The notes beneath the pieces are model-generated. The model saw nothing but the letters and a program-made list of their open reading frames with translations, did not search any database and had not been told where the DNA came from. The position numbers were made by a program, and so were the translations under genes. A stretch of DNA of 63,886 nucleotides, the filler included, from Thelocarpon superellum (lineage: Eukaryota): the NCBI GenBank assembly GCA_026025795.1. It is 6 parts of 6 records of this genome, joined end to end, with 100 filler letters (N's around TTAATTAATTAA, not from the genome) between each part and the next. Parts side by side here need not be neighbours in the genome. Positions count along the whole stretch, not along the records: positions 22,122 to 32,903 come from JAPEUG010000516.1; positions 33,004 to 43,776 come from JAPEUG010000517.1; 4 more parts are not named here. One strand, given 5' to 3'. Position 1 is the first letter of the stretch; the number at the start of each line of letters is the position of its first letter. Shown here in pieces: positions 23,026 to 33,700 of the stretch.

Positions 23026-24820
23026 CTTCAATCGTCGGGAGTGTGACGTACGCCCTCACATCAAGACTCAGCCTCCCCCACGCAAACACACCGGCAAAAA
23101 GGTAGTATAAATGTTTCCTCGCCGGAATGGGGGCATGGCCTCTTCATATATCGGACCATGGCGGCACCGGGGCACGCACCGAGACCCACCGGACGCATGA
23201 CGGCCGTGGCCGAAGCTTCTCCACACTCTCGCCTCCTCGCTGCTTGGAATGGTCTGGACTCTGAGGGATTTGATGCAAGTCAACCTTACGAAGTGGACAT
23301 TCCAGGTGCAACGGGTCACTGCACCTACTTCCGGCTGGGCCAAATTTGTTAGTCGATTTGAAGTGAAAGTGAGGGTGCGGGTGGTGTGATGAGGCCGCGG
23401 CTATGAATATGCTCGTCAATGCAGGTACGGTAGCGTGTCACGTCAGGCAGTGCGGCAATGGCGTGAGGTCCGAGCCCGGCGGCATTGAGATCCGGTAAGG
23501 TTGGACCGGGGCCCAGGATTGTCGTCGCGTGCTCGATCTGGGAAGAAGGCATTCTGATTGGCCTCTAAACAGATGCGGAGATGGCAGCACATTCGCCAAT
23601 ATCCCGAGAGCTGGTGCGTTATGTCGTGACCTACATATAACATACTAAGAGCATGTCATTGGGTCCGCCTGGAGGTGACTCTTTGTGCTATCCATCGTAC
23701 ACGCCTCTTCGCTCGCTTTCGCCTCTGCTAAAGTGCTACAGGTGACGGGCAGCGGGATTCCCCAAACTGGCGAGTTTGGATTCGGCCCGGTCCAGGTTAA
23801 GCGACGGGAGTACTTCCGAAAGTCGGGTGCCGTTCCCCCAGAATCGAGACGAGGTCGAAGTGGCAGTGGAGAGGGAATCACGGACGGGCTTAGCGACGGG
23901 GGCGCCTCCCGCTTCACTCCGAATAAAAATTCCGGGACTGCTCTGACCAACATCAACACTGGAGATCCCTCCATGACCAGGTTGAGGAGAGTTTTTTGCG
24001 TGGGCCATCCTTGTTTGCCCGGGCCGGATCACGATGGACTGGACCGTGACAAGGTCCGTTCATCTAACCTAGGGGGGCGAGTGACTGTCTGGCTACTACT
24101 AGTAACGCACGGAGGGCATGTCGCAGTTCCCATGTTGACTACCAAACGACAGTGCGGCGCTATATTTCATGGATCTCACGTAGCCAGCCAACCAAGTCGG
24201 GAATCCTAATCTGCCGAAGGAAATAGTGGGCGCCCGGGCGACCAGTGAGGGCTCACCCTTTTCGAGGTCCGAGGGTTGGAGTCCTTTTGCCGCAACAGAC
24301 GCACAACACTCTACTAGGGACGAGTATGAGGACCAAAGTAGAAAGTGATGTGGGGGATCCCACGTCGCAAGTGAAGTGTGGCGACTGAGATTTTGAGGCA
24401 AAGTCGGTCAGCTCCGGAGTTCAACAGCCAATGCACGGCGAGCTCGTCCACACGACAATATTGTCTAGTAGTAGTCACGATTGGCGATTAGGCGGACGGT
24501 CACGAACCGAATCATGACGAGGAATGCCGTGACTTGGGATCCCAGTGTGGGAGACGTCACTCGGATAGCCCGCTAAACCTTCGCTCAGACAGTTGCCCTT
24601 TAGTCAGACGGTGCAGGTAAGCGTACTGCTCACTGTGTTCAAGTGTGCCGACATGCGTTACCACGAGCTCTATCCTGGGCATTTGGGATTGTATTTTGTC
24701 GTCTGTTTCGTGACGAAAATATCACCACACACAACGTTGGTGACGCTATCTTGGCCGATCCCAGACTTAAGTCGTCATTGATTCTGCTGATGCGCATCCG
24801 TCTCAATCAACGCGACGGAC

Positions 24821-25845
24821 ATGTCGCAATTTGAGAAGGAGAGGGCAGTGATGCCTGACGCGGAATTGAACTGATGCTGAAAGGCCCAAGGTCACCAGAT
24901 TCCCGTGCAGAACCAAGGTGCCCCGGGCCTGCAATCCATGCTGGGACGCCAACTGAAGGTTCGGAATTACCCAGCGAAGATGGCGGCTGCCAGAAATACA
25001 ATGCTGCGAACAAGCTGGCGGCCAAAATAGTCATCGTTAGTGGGGGAGACTCGGGTATTGGACGCGCGATCGCCATTCTTTTCGCCATGGAGGGCGCCGA
25101 CAGCTTCGTCACCTATGTCCCGCAGGAAGCGAAAGATGCCCAGAAGACCAAGAGATCAGTGGAGGAGCACGGCGGCACGTGTCATCTACACGATGCGAAC
25201 CTCAAGCCGGCCGCAACATGCAAGCGTGTCGTTGAGGCCGCGCTGGAGAAGATGGACGGAATCAACATCTTGGTGATCAACGACGCCTCCCGGATGATGA
25301 AAAAGATCATAGCCAGCTATCCGAGTAAGAACGTCCATTCAAATCATCCCAGCATCGAAGCAGCTCCCATCCCACGATTCGATCATCCATGCTGACAAAC
25401 GCGAGCAACCACAGAGCAATGGGAGCATTTCGTCCGAACCAACATTCATCCTTTCTTCTACCCGTCGACATATTGTCTACCGCACATGACGAGCGGGAAT
25501 AGCATCATCAACTGTGCCTCCATCAGTGCCTACGTGGGGCGTCCCAATCTGCGGGATTATACTTCGACGAAGGGCGCCATTGTGTCATTCGCGCGCGGCC
25601 TCTCTAACCAGGTTGTCGGGAAGGGCATTCGCGTCAATGCCGTCTGCCCGGGCCCTGTCTGGACGCCGCTTGTGGCCGCCTCGATGGACGAGGATGCGTA
25701 CGAAAGCTTCCAAGCCATGCCAATGGGCCGGCCAGGTCAGGCGAGCGAGCTCGTGGCTTGTTTCGTCTTCTGGGCTAGCCAGGACATCAGGCTCATCTCG
25801 AGATGGAGCCTGCATCATAACGGCGGCGAGGTGGTCAATCCCTAG
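24821..25845 (+). pseudogene. Probable pseudogene of a YghA/YhdF-like (general-stress) short-chain dehydrogenase
   Basis: SGGDSGIGRA, YTSTK and RVNAVCPGPVWTPL present. The family-like N-terminal segment GHQIPVQNQGAPGLQSML is out of frame with PTEGSELPSEDGG (shift near 24945), the putative first intron after ATGTCGCAATTTGA lacks GT, and conserved motifs look eroded (INDA, FWASQDIRLISRWSLHHNGG). Confidence 0.7.
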
Positions 25846-26078
25846 AATGCGACAAGTCCAGGGTTTTCATAGAATGCGATAGACGGCGTGGAAACCGGGT
25901 AAAGGAAACGATGAAATTTGATGTGCAGTTTGCCAACCCATCAGTCTATTGTCAATGCAACCGATCCCCTTCGGTGCAGTCAAAGATAGTACAACACCCA
26001 GTCTACATGACGGACCAAAGAAAAAGAACTGAGGGACGAATCTAATCACGCCATGGATTTCCGCTCATGCATTTAGCC

Positions 26079-27010
26079 TTACTTGCGATACCACATCCGC
26101 GTGATTTTGGTGTGCCGCATTTTCTTCTGCGAGCGTGTCAATGGGGATGAGATGAGAGAATGGTGATAGAAAAGGGAAGGTTACCTGCAGTTGGAAGATG
26201 CCGTACATCAAGGCTTCGGATGTGGGCGGGCCTATCGAGAGCATTCAGCAGGTGGCCGAACTGTTGAGTGCTGATGAGAGCGGTGGACTCACATCCAGGT
26301 ACGTAGATGTCCACGGGAACAATTCGGTCGCAGCCCCGCGTTACGGAATAGCTATAGTGGTAATAACCTCCTCCGTTAGCGCAACTCCCCATCGAGATGA
26401 CCCATCGCGGTTCCGGCATCTGGTCGTAGACTTGTCGAAGGGCTGGGGCCATCTTGTTCGTCAAGGTGCCAGCCACGATCATGACATCCGACTGACGAGG
26501 TGACGCGCGAAAGATGATCCCCAGCCGATCTTGATCGTAGCGGGGTGTCGAGAGATGCATCATCTCGACGGCGCAACAAGCGAGGCCGAAGGTCATGGGC
26601 CACAACGATCCCTGTCGCGCCCAATTCGCCACTTGGTCCGCCGTCGTCCTAATAGAGAGATGAGCCGCGGTATTTGAGAGCCCCGAGACCGTAGCAGTCA
26701 CGTACAGGGCAAATTGCATGGCCCCCTTCTTCCCCTCTTGGCTCGGGAGCGGCACTTCTCTCCGTTCTTTACCCGTCACACTCATCGCCGGTGGAGCGGG
26801 CGGGTTCCCAGACACATCTCCGGGCTTCGTGACGGCGGTCGCAGGCTTTGCAGATGTGGTCGAGATGAACGCTGGTGAGCCTGCACGTAGGCGGAGTAGG
26901 CACACGGATGGCTTGGCTGCAAGGATTGGATTAGCGTCGTCGTGATATCGTGGTGGCTCTGATCTACCTCGTGAAGCCAACGAGGCCGCCGATCTCACCG
27001 AAGAAATCAT
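26079..27010 (-). CDS. NDUFS7: NADH:ubiquinone oxidoreductase 20 kDa Fe-S subunit (PSST/NuoB), mitochondrial
   Basis: [60 protein letters not shown]; last exon [15 protein letters not shown]; Arg/Ser-rich presequence. Confidence 0.96.
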
Positions 27011-27513
27011 TGTGACGAGCCGCCTCTAAGGATCAGGGCCAGGGAAAGCGATGTGGCGGTATTGGCAAATCGCGATTGGAGCGTCGGCGAGGTGATGATG
27101 TCGAGGATCACCAGCCGAGTCGCTGACTAATAGCTGGGTCACCATTCAAGTCACTCGCTGATTGGCCGACATGATTGTTGTTGCATCCTATCATGTTCCT
27201 CTTCGCTGCGAAGGTGTCTTCGACAGGCTATGGTGCAGAGCTAAAGACAGCAGGAGACTGTGAGATTCAACTACTTGGCGAACGAGTTGAACCTCCCGTC
27301 GGGCATCACGGATTGCTATTTGAGTCATTCCCAAGACTTCAACAATGAGCCGTGCTGGTTGAGAATGCTCTCTAAGTTTCAGTTCACTCTTGGGATGTTA
27401 ATTTCTGTTCAACTTGTCTATTCTTGAGCTCCTACTTATGTCCCATGTTGCCTTATGATGAACCGTTGTAAATGCTCAAACGATAGCGACAGAATCTGAC
27501 GCGCAGGACGCCC

Positions 27514-29174
27514 TTAGATTCGTGCGCTTCGAAGCGGAGCTTCCGGGACACCGCGAAATGAATCTTCAAGAGGTAGCACGGACGGCTCGTCGTCGTCGTC
27601 CTCGTCGTCATCTATCCCGTTGACTAGACCTCGTTCTTCGTCAGCCGTCTCGCCATTTTTGTGCGCGTCGGTCGACTCCAACGCGGACTTTCGGCTCCCT
27701 TGGCACGCAGCGACGTAGATGGCCGCCCCTAGGATCAAAGAGCCTCCCGTGACGCTGGTGAGGTCGGGGTTGGTGCCCCACACGAGCTTGTCAAAGGCCA
27801 AGGCAAAGAGCATCAGGGTATAGATCATGTTGGTGCCTCGCGAAGATTTCTCGTACGCCAGGCCCGCGGTCAGTAAGAACTGCATGATAAACCCCGTCAC
27901 CCCGAGGATGATGAGGTAAAGCCATTGTCGGACATCCCGGGGCAGTTGAAAGCCAATGTCAGGGAGAACAAGCAAGGCGACGGTGCTCACGATCGTGCAC
28001 CACGTTGCAAAGTAATTGACCGAGATCAGCGGATGCGCACGCTTGCCGATCCAGCGAATGGTCGTGTACGCGCACTAGCCAGGAGGTCTTAGCCGGAGGG
28101 AGTGAGAGGGCCTCGGTACAGGAGCACGTACCGCTGCTCCTATGACACCCACCATGGCGACCCCCACCGCCGTGAGCCGCTGGGCTGCCGTGACAGGCGG
28201 GGGCCCGACAGAGATGATGTCAACGGTCCCATTTGGCGATACCATCCCGTCGCTTTTTCCAATATCGATGGTCCCAGGTGGCGCACTGGATAGAGAGGAG
28301 AAGGGACGGGCGATGAGAATGACACCGAACAATGAGACGAGTCCAGCGGCTTGCTCCATGCGGGAAAAGGGCTCTTTGATCAGGACGGCACAAGCCCAGC
28401 ATGCAAGGATTGGGGCGAGGAAGGTGAGCACGGTCGCTTCGGCCAACGGAAGATATTGGAGAGAGTCTGCAGCTGGTCAGGGACGGGTTCCTCGATACCC
28501 TCCGCTACATGGAAACTTACAATATAAGCCAAAAACTCCAAAGAACCCGCCGATACCACGAAGGGCCAGAATACCTCGCACCTCGACTTGGCCGAGAGGG
28601 AAGTGTGGCACATCGGTATACCACATGTAGGCACAGCAGAGGATCACTGTGACGGCCATGCGCACAAAGAGGATCTGAGAGTACGTTAGTCGTCGCCGAC
28701 TGCAGCCGAGGCGGGGCGGGTGACGCGTGTCATGCATACTTGCAACGGGTTCATGCCGCTCCCGTCAGTCTCCAACAGACGTGTGGTGACGTTCATCAAG
28801 GCGCCAAAGAATTGGGACAAGATGACGAGAATGACGCCTTTGTTTCGAATCCAAAAGGCTCCCCATATTGTCTTCCATACCCGGGTTGAGAGGACAGCAC
28901 GAAAGGTCCCTCGAGAATCTGGTGGAGGATCCCGACCCAGACGAACATTCAAGACCGACGCATCCAAGAGAGACTCAAACGAGGACCGGGATGGAGCAAG
29001 TAGAGCGATTGCTGAACCGCGAGCAGGATCACCGTGCTCCTTGGTGGCTGGCTCGGTCGCCGTCGGCGAAGAAGGAGGTGGTCCTGGTTGCGGGGGTGGC
29101 GAAAGGTGGGGTACAACTTTCGACACGCCAACGGAACGAATAGGACTCTCCGGCCTTCGCGGAGGGAATGACAT
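27514..29174 (-). CDS. EamA/DMT family membrane transporter
   Basis: RNKGVILVILSQFFGALMNVTTRLLE, LRGIGGFFGVFGLY, AEATVLTFLAP, IRWIGKRAHPLISVNYF, QFLLTAGLAYEKSSRGTNMIY; multiple TM helices; three introns. Confidence 0.88.
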
Positions 29175-30079
29175 TCTGGATCATCGGTGGCGTTGACCGG
29201 GGATCAACGGAGTCGGGAAGAGGGGCCACAATCGTGACAAGACACAGGATAACGGACTCTGCAAAGAAAGAGGCTGAACAGCCAGGGCGTCCAAGAGATT
29301 TTCCATGACTCAGACCAAGGGCACCTGGCTGCCTTTCCACCATGATTTCTTCGGAGCGGGCCGGACATCGGCTCTGGCAGCGTCATTGGGACGAGTAGTG
29401 GTTGATTAGTTCTGGCCGCCTCCGTGGTTGGGACGAGTACTCGTGCTAGGTAGTCGCGACCTGCTAGATCCACGCAAGTTCTGGACGTCTAGTGGGTACT
29501 CGCCATCCCACGTTCCGGCTAGTGGGGCAGCGTGGGGTTCGTCGAAGTAATACCATGCGGGAGTGTTTGTGCCCTACGCCCTTCCCACTCCTGCCATGGA
29601 ATCCCGCCAACGTTTAGTCAGCTCTAGAGCAGCTGTCGTGCCCACACGATCTGCATAGAGACTACGCCGGAGGTCCGCAGGTGGTTGGATTTAGGTGGGG
29701 AGGAGTTGATCTTGGAGCAAGGTCCACGACTTTCGCCGCAACATCATCCGGGTCAGGCTTTGCGAGGGTGGAGGTGACGGTGAAGGTTAAGTGAGTGGGG
29801 TTGGGCAGTAGTTTAGTTAGGTACTCGTGCCGGGACAGTATCCGACGCCTAGACGAGATGGCGCACGTCGGAAGACAAGCCGAGGATGGATTGGGGTCCT
29901 TGCATACGCGCCACCACTACAGATCAGACGACCTTGCATCCACTCGACGTCCGTGGAATCCAGCTCGCCCTCAACCATATTCCGCTACGCCTTGTCGGAT
30001 CGTGGGAGGGAGGTTGCGGCTTCAGCCGCGTTCGGATGATGTGACGCGCTATCTCGTCGGCGGCAAGGTACGGGACATT

Positions 30080-31243
30080 TCAGCCACGCAGCTCGGCCGC
30101 TGTTGCGTGGAGCACGGGAGACGGTGGCTCATACAGGCCTAGCAGTTGTGCCAGGTACTCACCCAAGAGCCCGGTTGCGATGCCCCCCCCCGTAAACCAG
30201 CACCCATATCGGAACCACCACCAGCAATCGGCGACGTCGTCGAGTCGGACCTTATGGATCATCAGGCCGAGCGCGGCCACTGCGCTGCCGCAGCTACCGA
30301 TGTAGAAGACCGGGCCCGCCCCAACCGCAGCTCCAGCGACCGCCAGCAGCCCCACCTGGGCCGCCGCCAAGCCGGTCAGGATGGCCTTGGTGTCCGCCTC
30401 GTGGCGCAGCACCATGGACTTGATGCCCGCCGCCGCGTCGTCGCGGACATCCATGTGTGCGTAGATCATGTCGTAGAGTACCGTCCACGCCACATTACTC
30501 GCGTACAGCGCGCCAGCCGCTACCAGGGCCGGCGTGGAGGACAGGAGGTCCACCCCCAGCGCGGGGAAGCCCATGATGGCGCCCCAGGAAAAGGTCAGGC
30601 CCAAGACCACCTGCGGGTAGTACGTGACGCGCTTGGCCAAGGGATAGGTCGCGACGAGCATGAGCGATGGCACCCCGTAGTAGAGACAGGACGCCGGGAA
30701 TTGTAGCAGGATGGCCAGCCCGACTAAGAGTTGCGCGCCTGTAAAGACCACGGCAGCACGTGGGGAGATGGCGCGGCGGGCGATGGGTCGGAGTCGTGTG
30801 CGGGTGACTTGGGGATCCAGGTCGCGGTCCCACAAGTCATTGATCGAACAGCCCGCTCCACGCATGATCAGCGCGCCGCCGAAGAACAAGGCCGAGGTGC
30901 TCAGGACGGTGCCCGGGGCGGCGATCGGAGTGGCTAGGGGCGCGGCGAGGAGCGTACTGAACAGACACGGAAAGTAGAGGTAGTAGGTCCCTGTCGGTTT
31001 GTCGAGGCGGATGAGCTCGGCGTAGGGAACCCACGCCGAGGGGAGATGAGCCAGAAGCCCCGTGGTAGGGGGCTGGTATGCCTCGAGCTGACCATGTCGC
31101 CGAGAGGTCGGCAGCGCACTGGTGGAGGAGCAGGTAATCGGAGTGCATGGGTGTGGCCGGGCTTCGAGGCGGCGTTGTAGGCATAATGGTCGCAGCGAGG
31201 CTCGACAAGCCCGGAGCCGGAGGGAGCTCAGGCACACGATCAT
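30080..31243 (-). CDS. COQ2: 4-hydroxybenzoate polyprenyltransferase, mitochondrial (UbiA family)
   Basis: RLDKPTGTYYLYFPC, RGAGCSINDLWDRDLDPQVTRTRLRPIA, YDMIYAHMDVRDD; single exon; Arg-rich presequence from ATG 31243. Confidence 0.95.
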   Translation of the reverse strand: MIVCLSSLRLRACRASLRPLCLQRRLEARPHPCTPITCSSTSALPTSRRHGQLEAYQPPTTGLLAHLPSAWVPYAELIRLDKPTGTYYLYFPCLFSTLLAAPLATPIAAPGTVLSTSALFFGGALIMRGAGCSINDLWDRDLDPQVTRTRLRPIARRAISPRAAVVFTGAQLLVGLAILLQFPASCLYYGVPSLMLVATYPLAKRVTYYPQVVLGLTFSWGAIMGFPALGVDLLSSTPALVAAGALYASNVAWTVLYDMIYAHMDVRDDAAAGIKSMVLRHEADTKAILTGLAAAQVGLLAVAGAAVGAGPVFYIGSCGSAVAALGLMIHKVRLDDVADCWWWFRYGCWFTGGGIATGLLGEYLAQLLGLYEPPSPVLHATAAELRG

Positions 31244-32042
31244 GACATGACCAATCAGGCACCGCGCCAATTGCGCTCCGTTGTGTTTCTTCAGGACAGG
31301 AGCTGAGGATGGAGTCCCCTTCCACCGGACCGACCAGGAAGATCCACCTTGACTTGGGCAGGAGCCTGATCACTGATCAATCACGGTCGCCTCGGACCCG
31401 AACAGCCTCTCACATCTTCCCACACCGAAAAGGGCGCGAGAGAGGCTGACTAAGGTTAGCGACGGAGGTAATGTCATCGCCCGAAAGCCGCGACGATTCC
31501 TCGATCGCGTTACCCCCGCCGCTTCTCAGCCAGGCTTCCGACAAGCGGGCTCCTCAGGCGATAAACCCCCATGACCCCACGCTGCGCACGTACAATCGCC
31601 TGGCTGAAGACCGACTAACCATCGGTTGCAAATTCTTATCTTGTAGAATCGCGCCGATGTTCAGGATCAAAACGCTAATCATCCGGCACTTCTGCATGCG
31701 TGAAGATCGTGCGCTGGAGCCGGGCAAGCCTAGTGCCCGTGGCCCGGGCCCATGGCTCCCCCTTCCCCTTCCCCTTCTCCCATCGCTCATTTCAATGCCC
31801 TCGGACCATCATGCGTCGCAGATGGTTGGTGGGTCATGCAAAACCCCTCATGCTTGGAACATCCTGAGGGCGCATGAGGGAGAGGTATGCGGCCGGATCG
31901 TCCGATTGCGAGGGTGCGGCGGTAGGTAATTTTAAAGTGGTCGTCATCTGCGCGTCGCACGAAACCTCCGATCTTCTTCATCTGTGTCCCGGGTCGGCAC
32001 CGCCACTGCGCGCCCTCTCCTGGGCCTGCAGCAGGTGCGCAC

Positions 32043-32747
32043 ATGAAGGCCGCAAGTCTCGTCGCCGCGCTCGCTGTCCTCTCCTCCTCTGGGTGCGTGG
32101 CGGCGGGTTCCCGCTTTACGTTGACCGTGACTAAAATCGCCAACGTCTCCGGCGGCGCCGCCGATCCCATTGTGGTTCGGGCTTTCACCAATGCGTCCAT
32201 CCAGGCCGTCGAGGGCTCCTTCGGGGTCAACATCACCAAGGGGACGACCGTCTGTCAGCAACAAAGTGTGTGGAACTGTTCGCAGCACTATAAGGCCGTG
32301 TTCGAGCTCCAGGGAGGCAACCTCAGCATGGTAAAGCTATCCCTTTCCTATTGCGGCCCCCCGGCCGTGATTCTTGTCAGTCACCCGCTAAGCCGTCGGA
32401 TTCTACAGGCGATCGATCCCGCGGGAACTACACGCAGGCAAGCGGTGTATGTTACGGCTACTGGACGGCTTGGCTGGACTAAAGTCTTCTTGAATACATC
32501 CGAGCTGGGCCCGATCCTGAATGAGAACACCTCCTTCACCGGCTTTTCCGTGATGAATGATACCCTGATTCCTCCAGATACTCGGACGCCAGAGTTCTTC
32601 GCCTGCCACGAACCACTCGTTGGGTCGTGGTCCATCTGGACCACGGAGGCGGCGAGCTGGACATGCTTTTCGTTTGTCGCCATGGCTCTGCCGGTGGGGA
32701 ACACCAGTATGTATCCGTGGCAATACAATTACTACGGGGCGAGATGA
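32043..32747 (+). CDS. Secreted PhiA-like / IgE-binding-type cell-wall protein
   Basis: Signal peptide; QAVYVTATGRLGWT and FFAC motifs; C-terminal WQY; in-frame 78-nt intron 32331-32408. Confidence 0.65.
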   Translation: MKAASLVAALAVLSSSGCVAAGSRFTLTVTKIANVSGGAADPIVVRAFTNASIQAVEGSFGVNITKGTTVCQQQSVWNCSQHYKAVFELQGGNLSMVKLSLSYCGPPAVILVSHPLSRRILQAIDPAGTTRRQAVYVTATGRLGWTKVFLNTSELGPILNENTSFTGFSVMNDTLIPPDTRTPEFFACHEPLVGSWSIWTTEAASWTCFSFVAMALPVGNTSMYPWQYNYYGAR

Positions 32748-32903
32748 TGCATGATGGCCGTCCTTTGGCTTGGGATGAGGGCGTAGGGACGGGACGGTAA
32801 AGGATGATGGGATTTCCTTCCGTACACATACTTTCAGAGGATTATGCCGTGGAAGCTTCGATATCCGGCCAGGGAGGCCTTGAATCGTCCACGCCCTTTC
32901 TCA

Positions 32904-33003
32904 NNNNNNNNNNNNNNNNNNNNNNNNNNNNNNNNNNNNNNNNNNNNTTAATTAATTAANNNNNNNNNNNNNNNNNNNNNNNNNNNNNNNNNNNNNNNNN
33001 NNN
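32904..33003. other. Artificial contig spacer
   Basis: 44N-TTAATTAATTAA-44N. Confidence 0.97.
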
Positions 33004-33700
33004 TTGCTGATTATGTCATCCTCCGACCGAGTACGTTCCTTACGAGTTCGTATTCTTATGATTACGAGCGACCTCAGCTGGATGATACTAACATACCATT
33101 CAGCCTGTCGCATAGCCACGTTCAGTCTCTTAGTACAATCATCCCTAGCCATGGCACCTCGGTTTCTTAACCTTGCAATAGGTTGGAGAATGAGCAATCT
33201 TGTGAAAAGATCTGCTTTAGCGGCAAAAGATGTCCCTAATGGCATTGCACGGCAGTAGTTGACCAACGACGAGGTGGAACAGAGGTGTCGGCCTCGCCCG
33301 CCACAACCAGAAGCCTTGGAAGAGGCACGAGGCTGCAAGAAGATGTCGGATGGAGAGGGAGGTAGTGGGGGGAGCGATGTTTAGGCGAGGCGAGCAAGGT
33401 CCTAAACCAGGTGCAGTCCACGAAGGCGATGTGGGCGGGATGATCCATAGAGTTCAGAGAACGAACGTACGAAGGGACTGCAGTCCTACGTAGAGACGGG
33501 AGCGACACTAACAATACAATCTACTATGACAGCGCGTCCCGCTGGAGCTCGACAAAGACAGACGCCGCTGAGCGTTCTGTCAAGGTCAATGTCACGACCC
33601 TAAGCATCGGAGATACCGAACCCCACGTCCTCGTTGATGCCTCTTACTCGCCATGTCTTGAGAGCTACACTGACCGCTTTCGTGCCCCGGGCGCACCACC

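Noticed and set aside
23349..24401. Fragmentary minus-strand frames that could be a decayed secreted-protein gene (LVARAP, GVKREAPP)
   Set aside because: Could not build a consistent start or splice model; needs tblastn or RNA evidence
27514..27530. C-terminal ARI as a peroxisomal PTS1 variant
   Set aside because: The protein is a polytopic membrane transporter; PTS1 import applies to matrix proteins
33004..33300. Lower-GC contig edge as a RIP-mutated transposon remnant
   Set aside because: No transposase or RT motif and no terminal repeat recognisable
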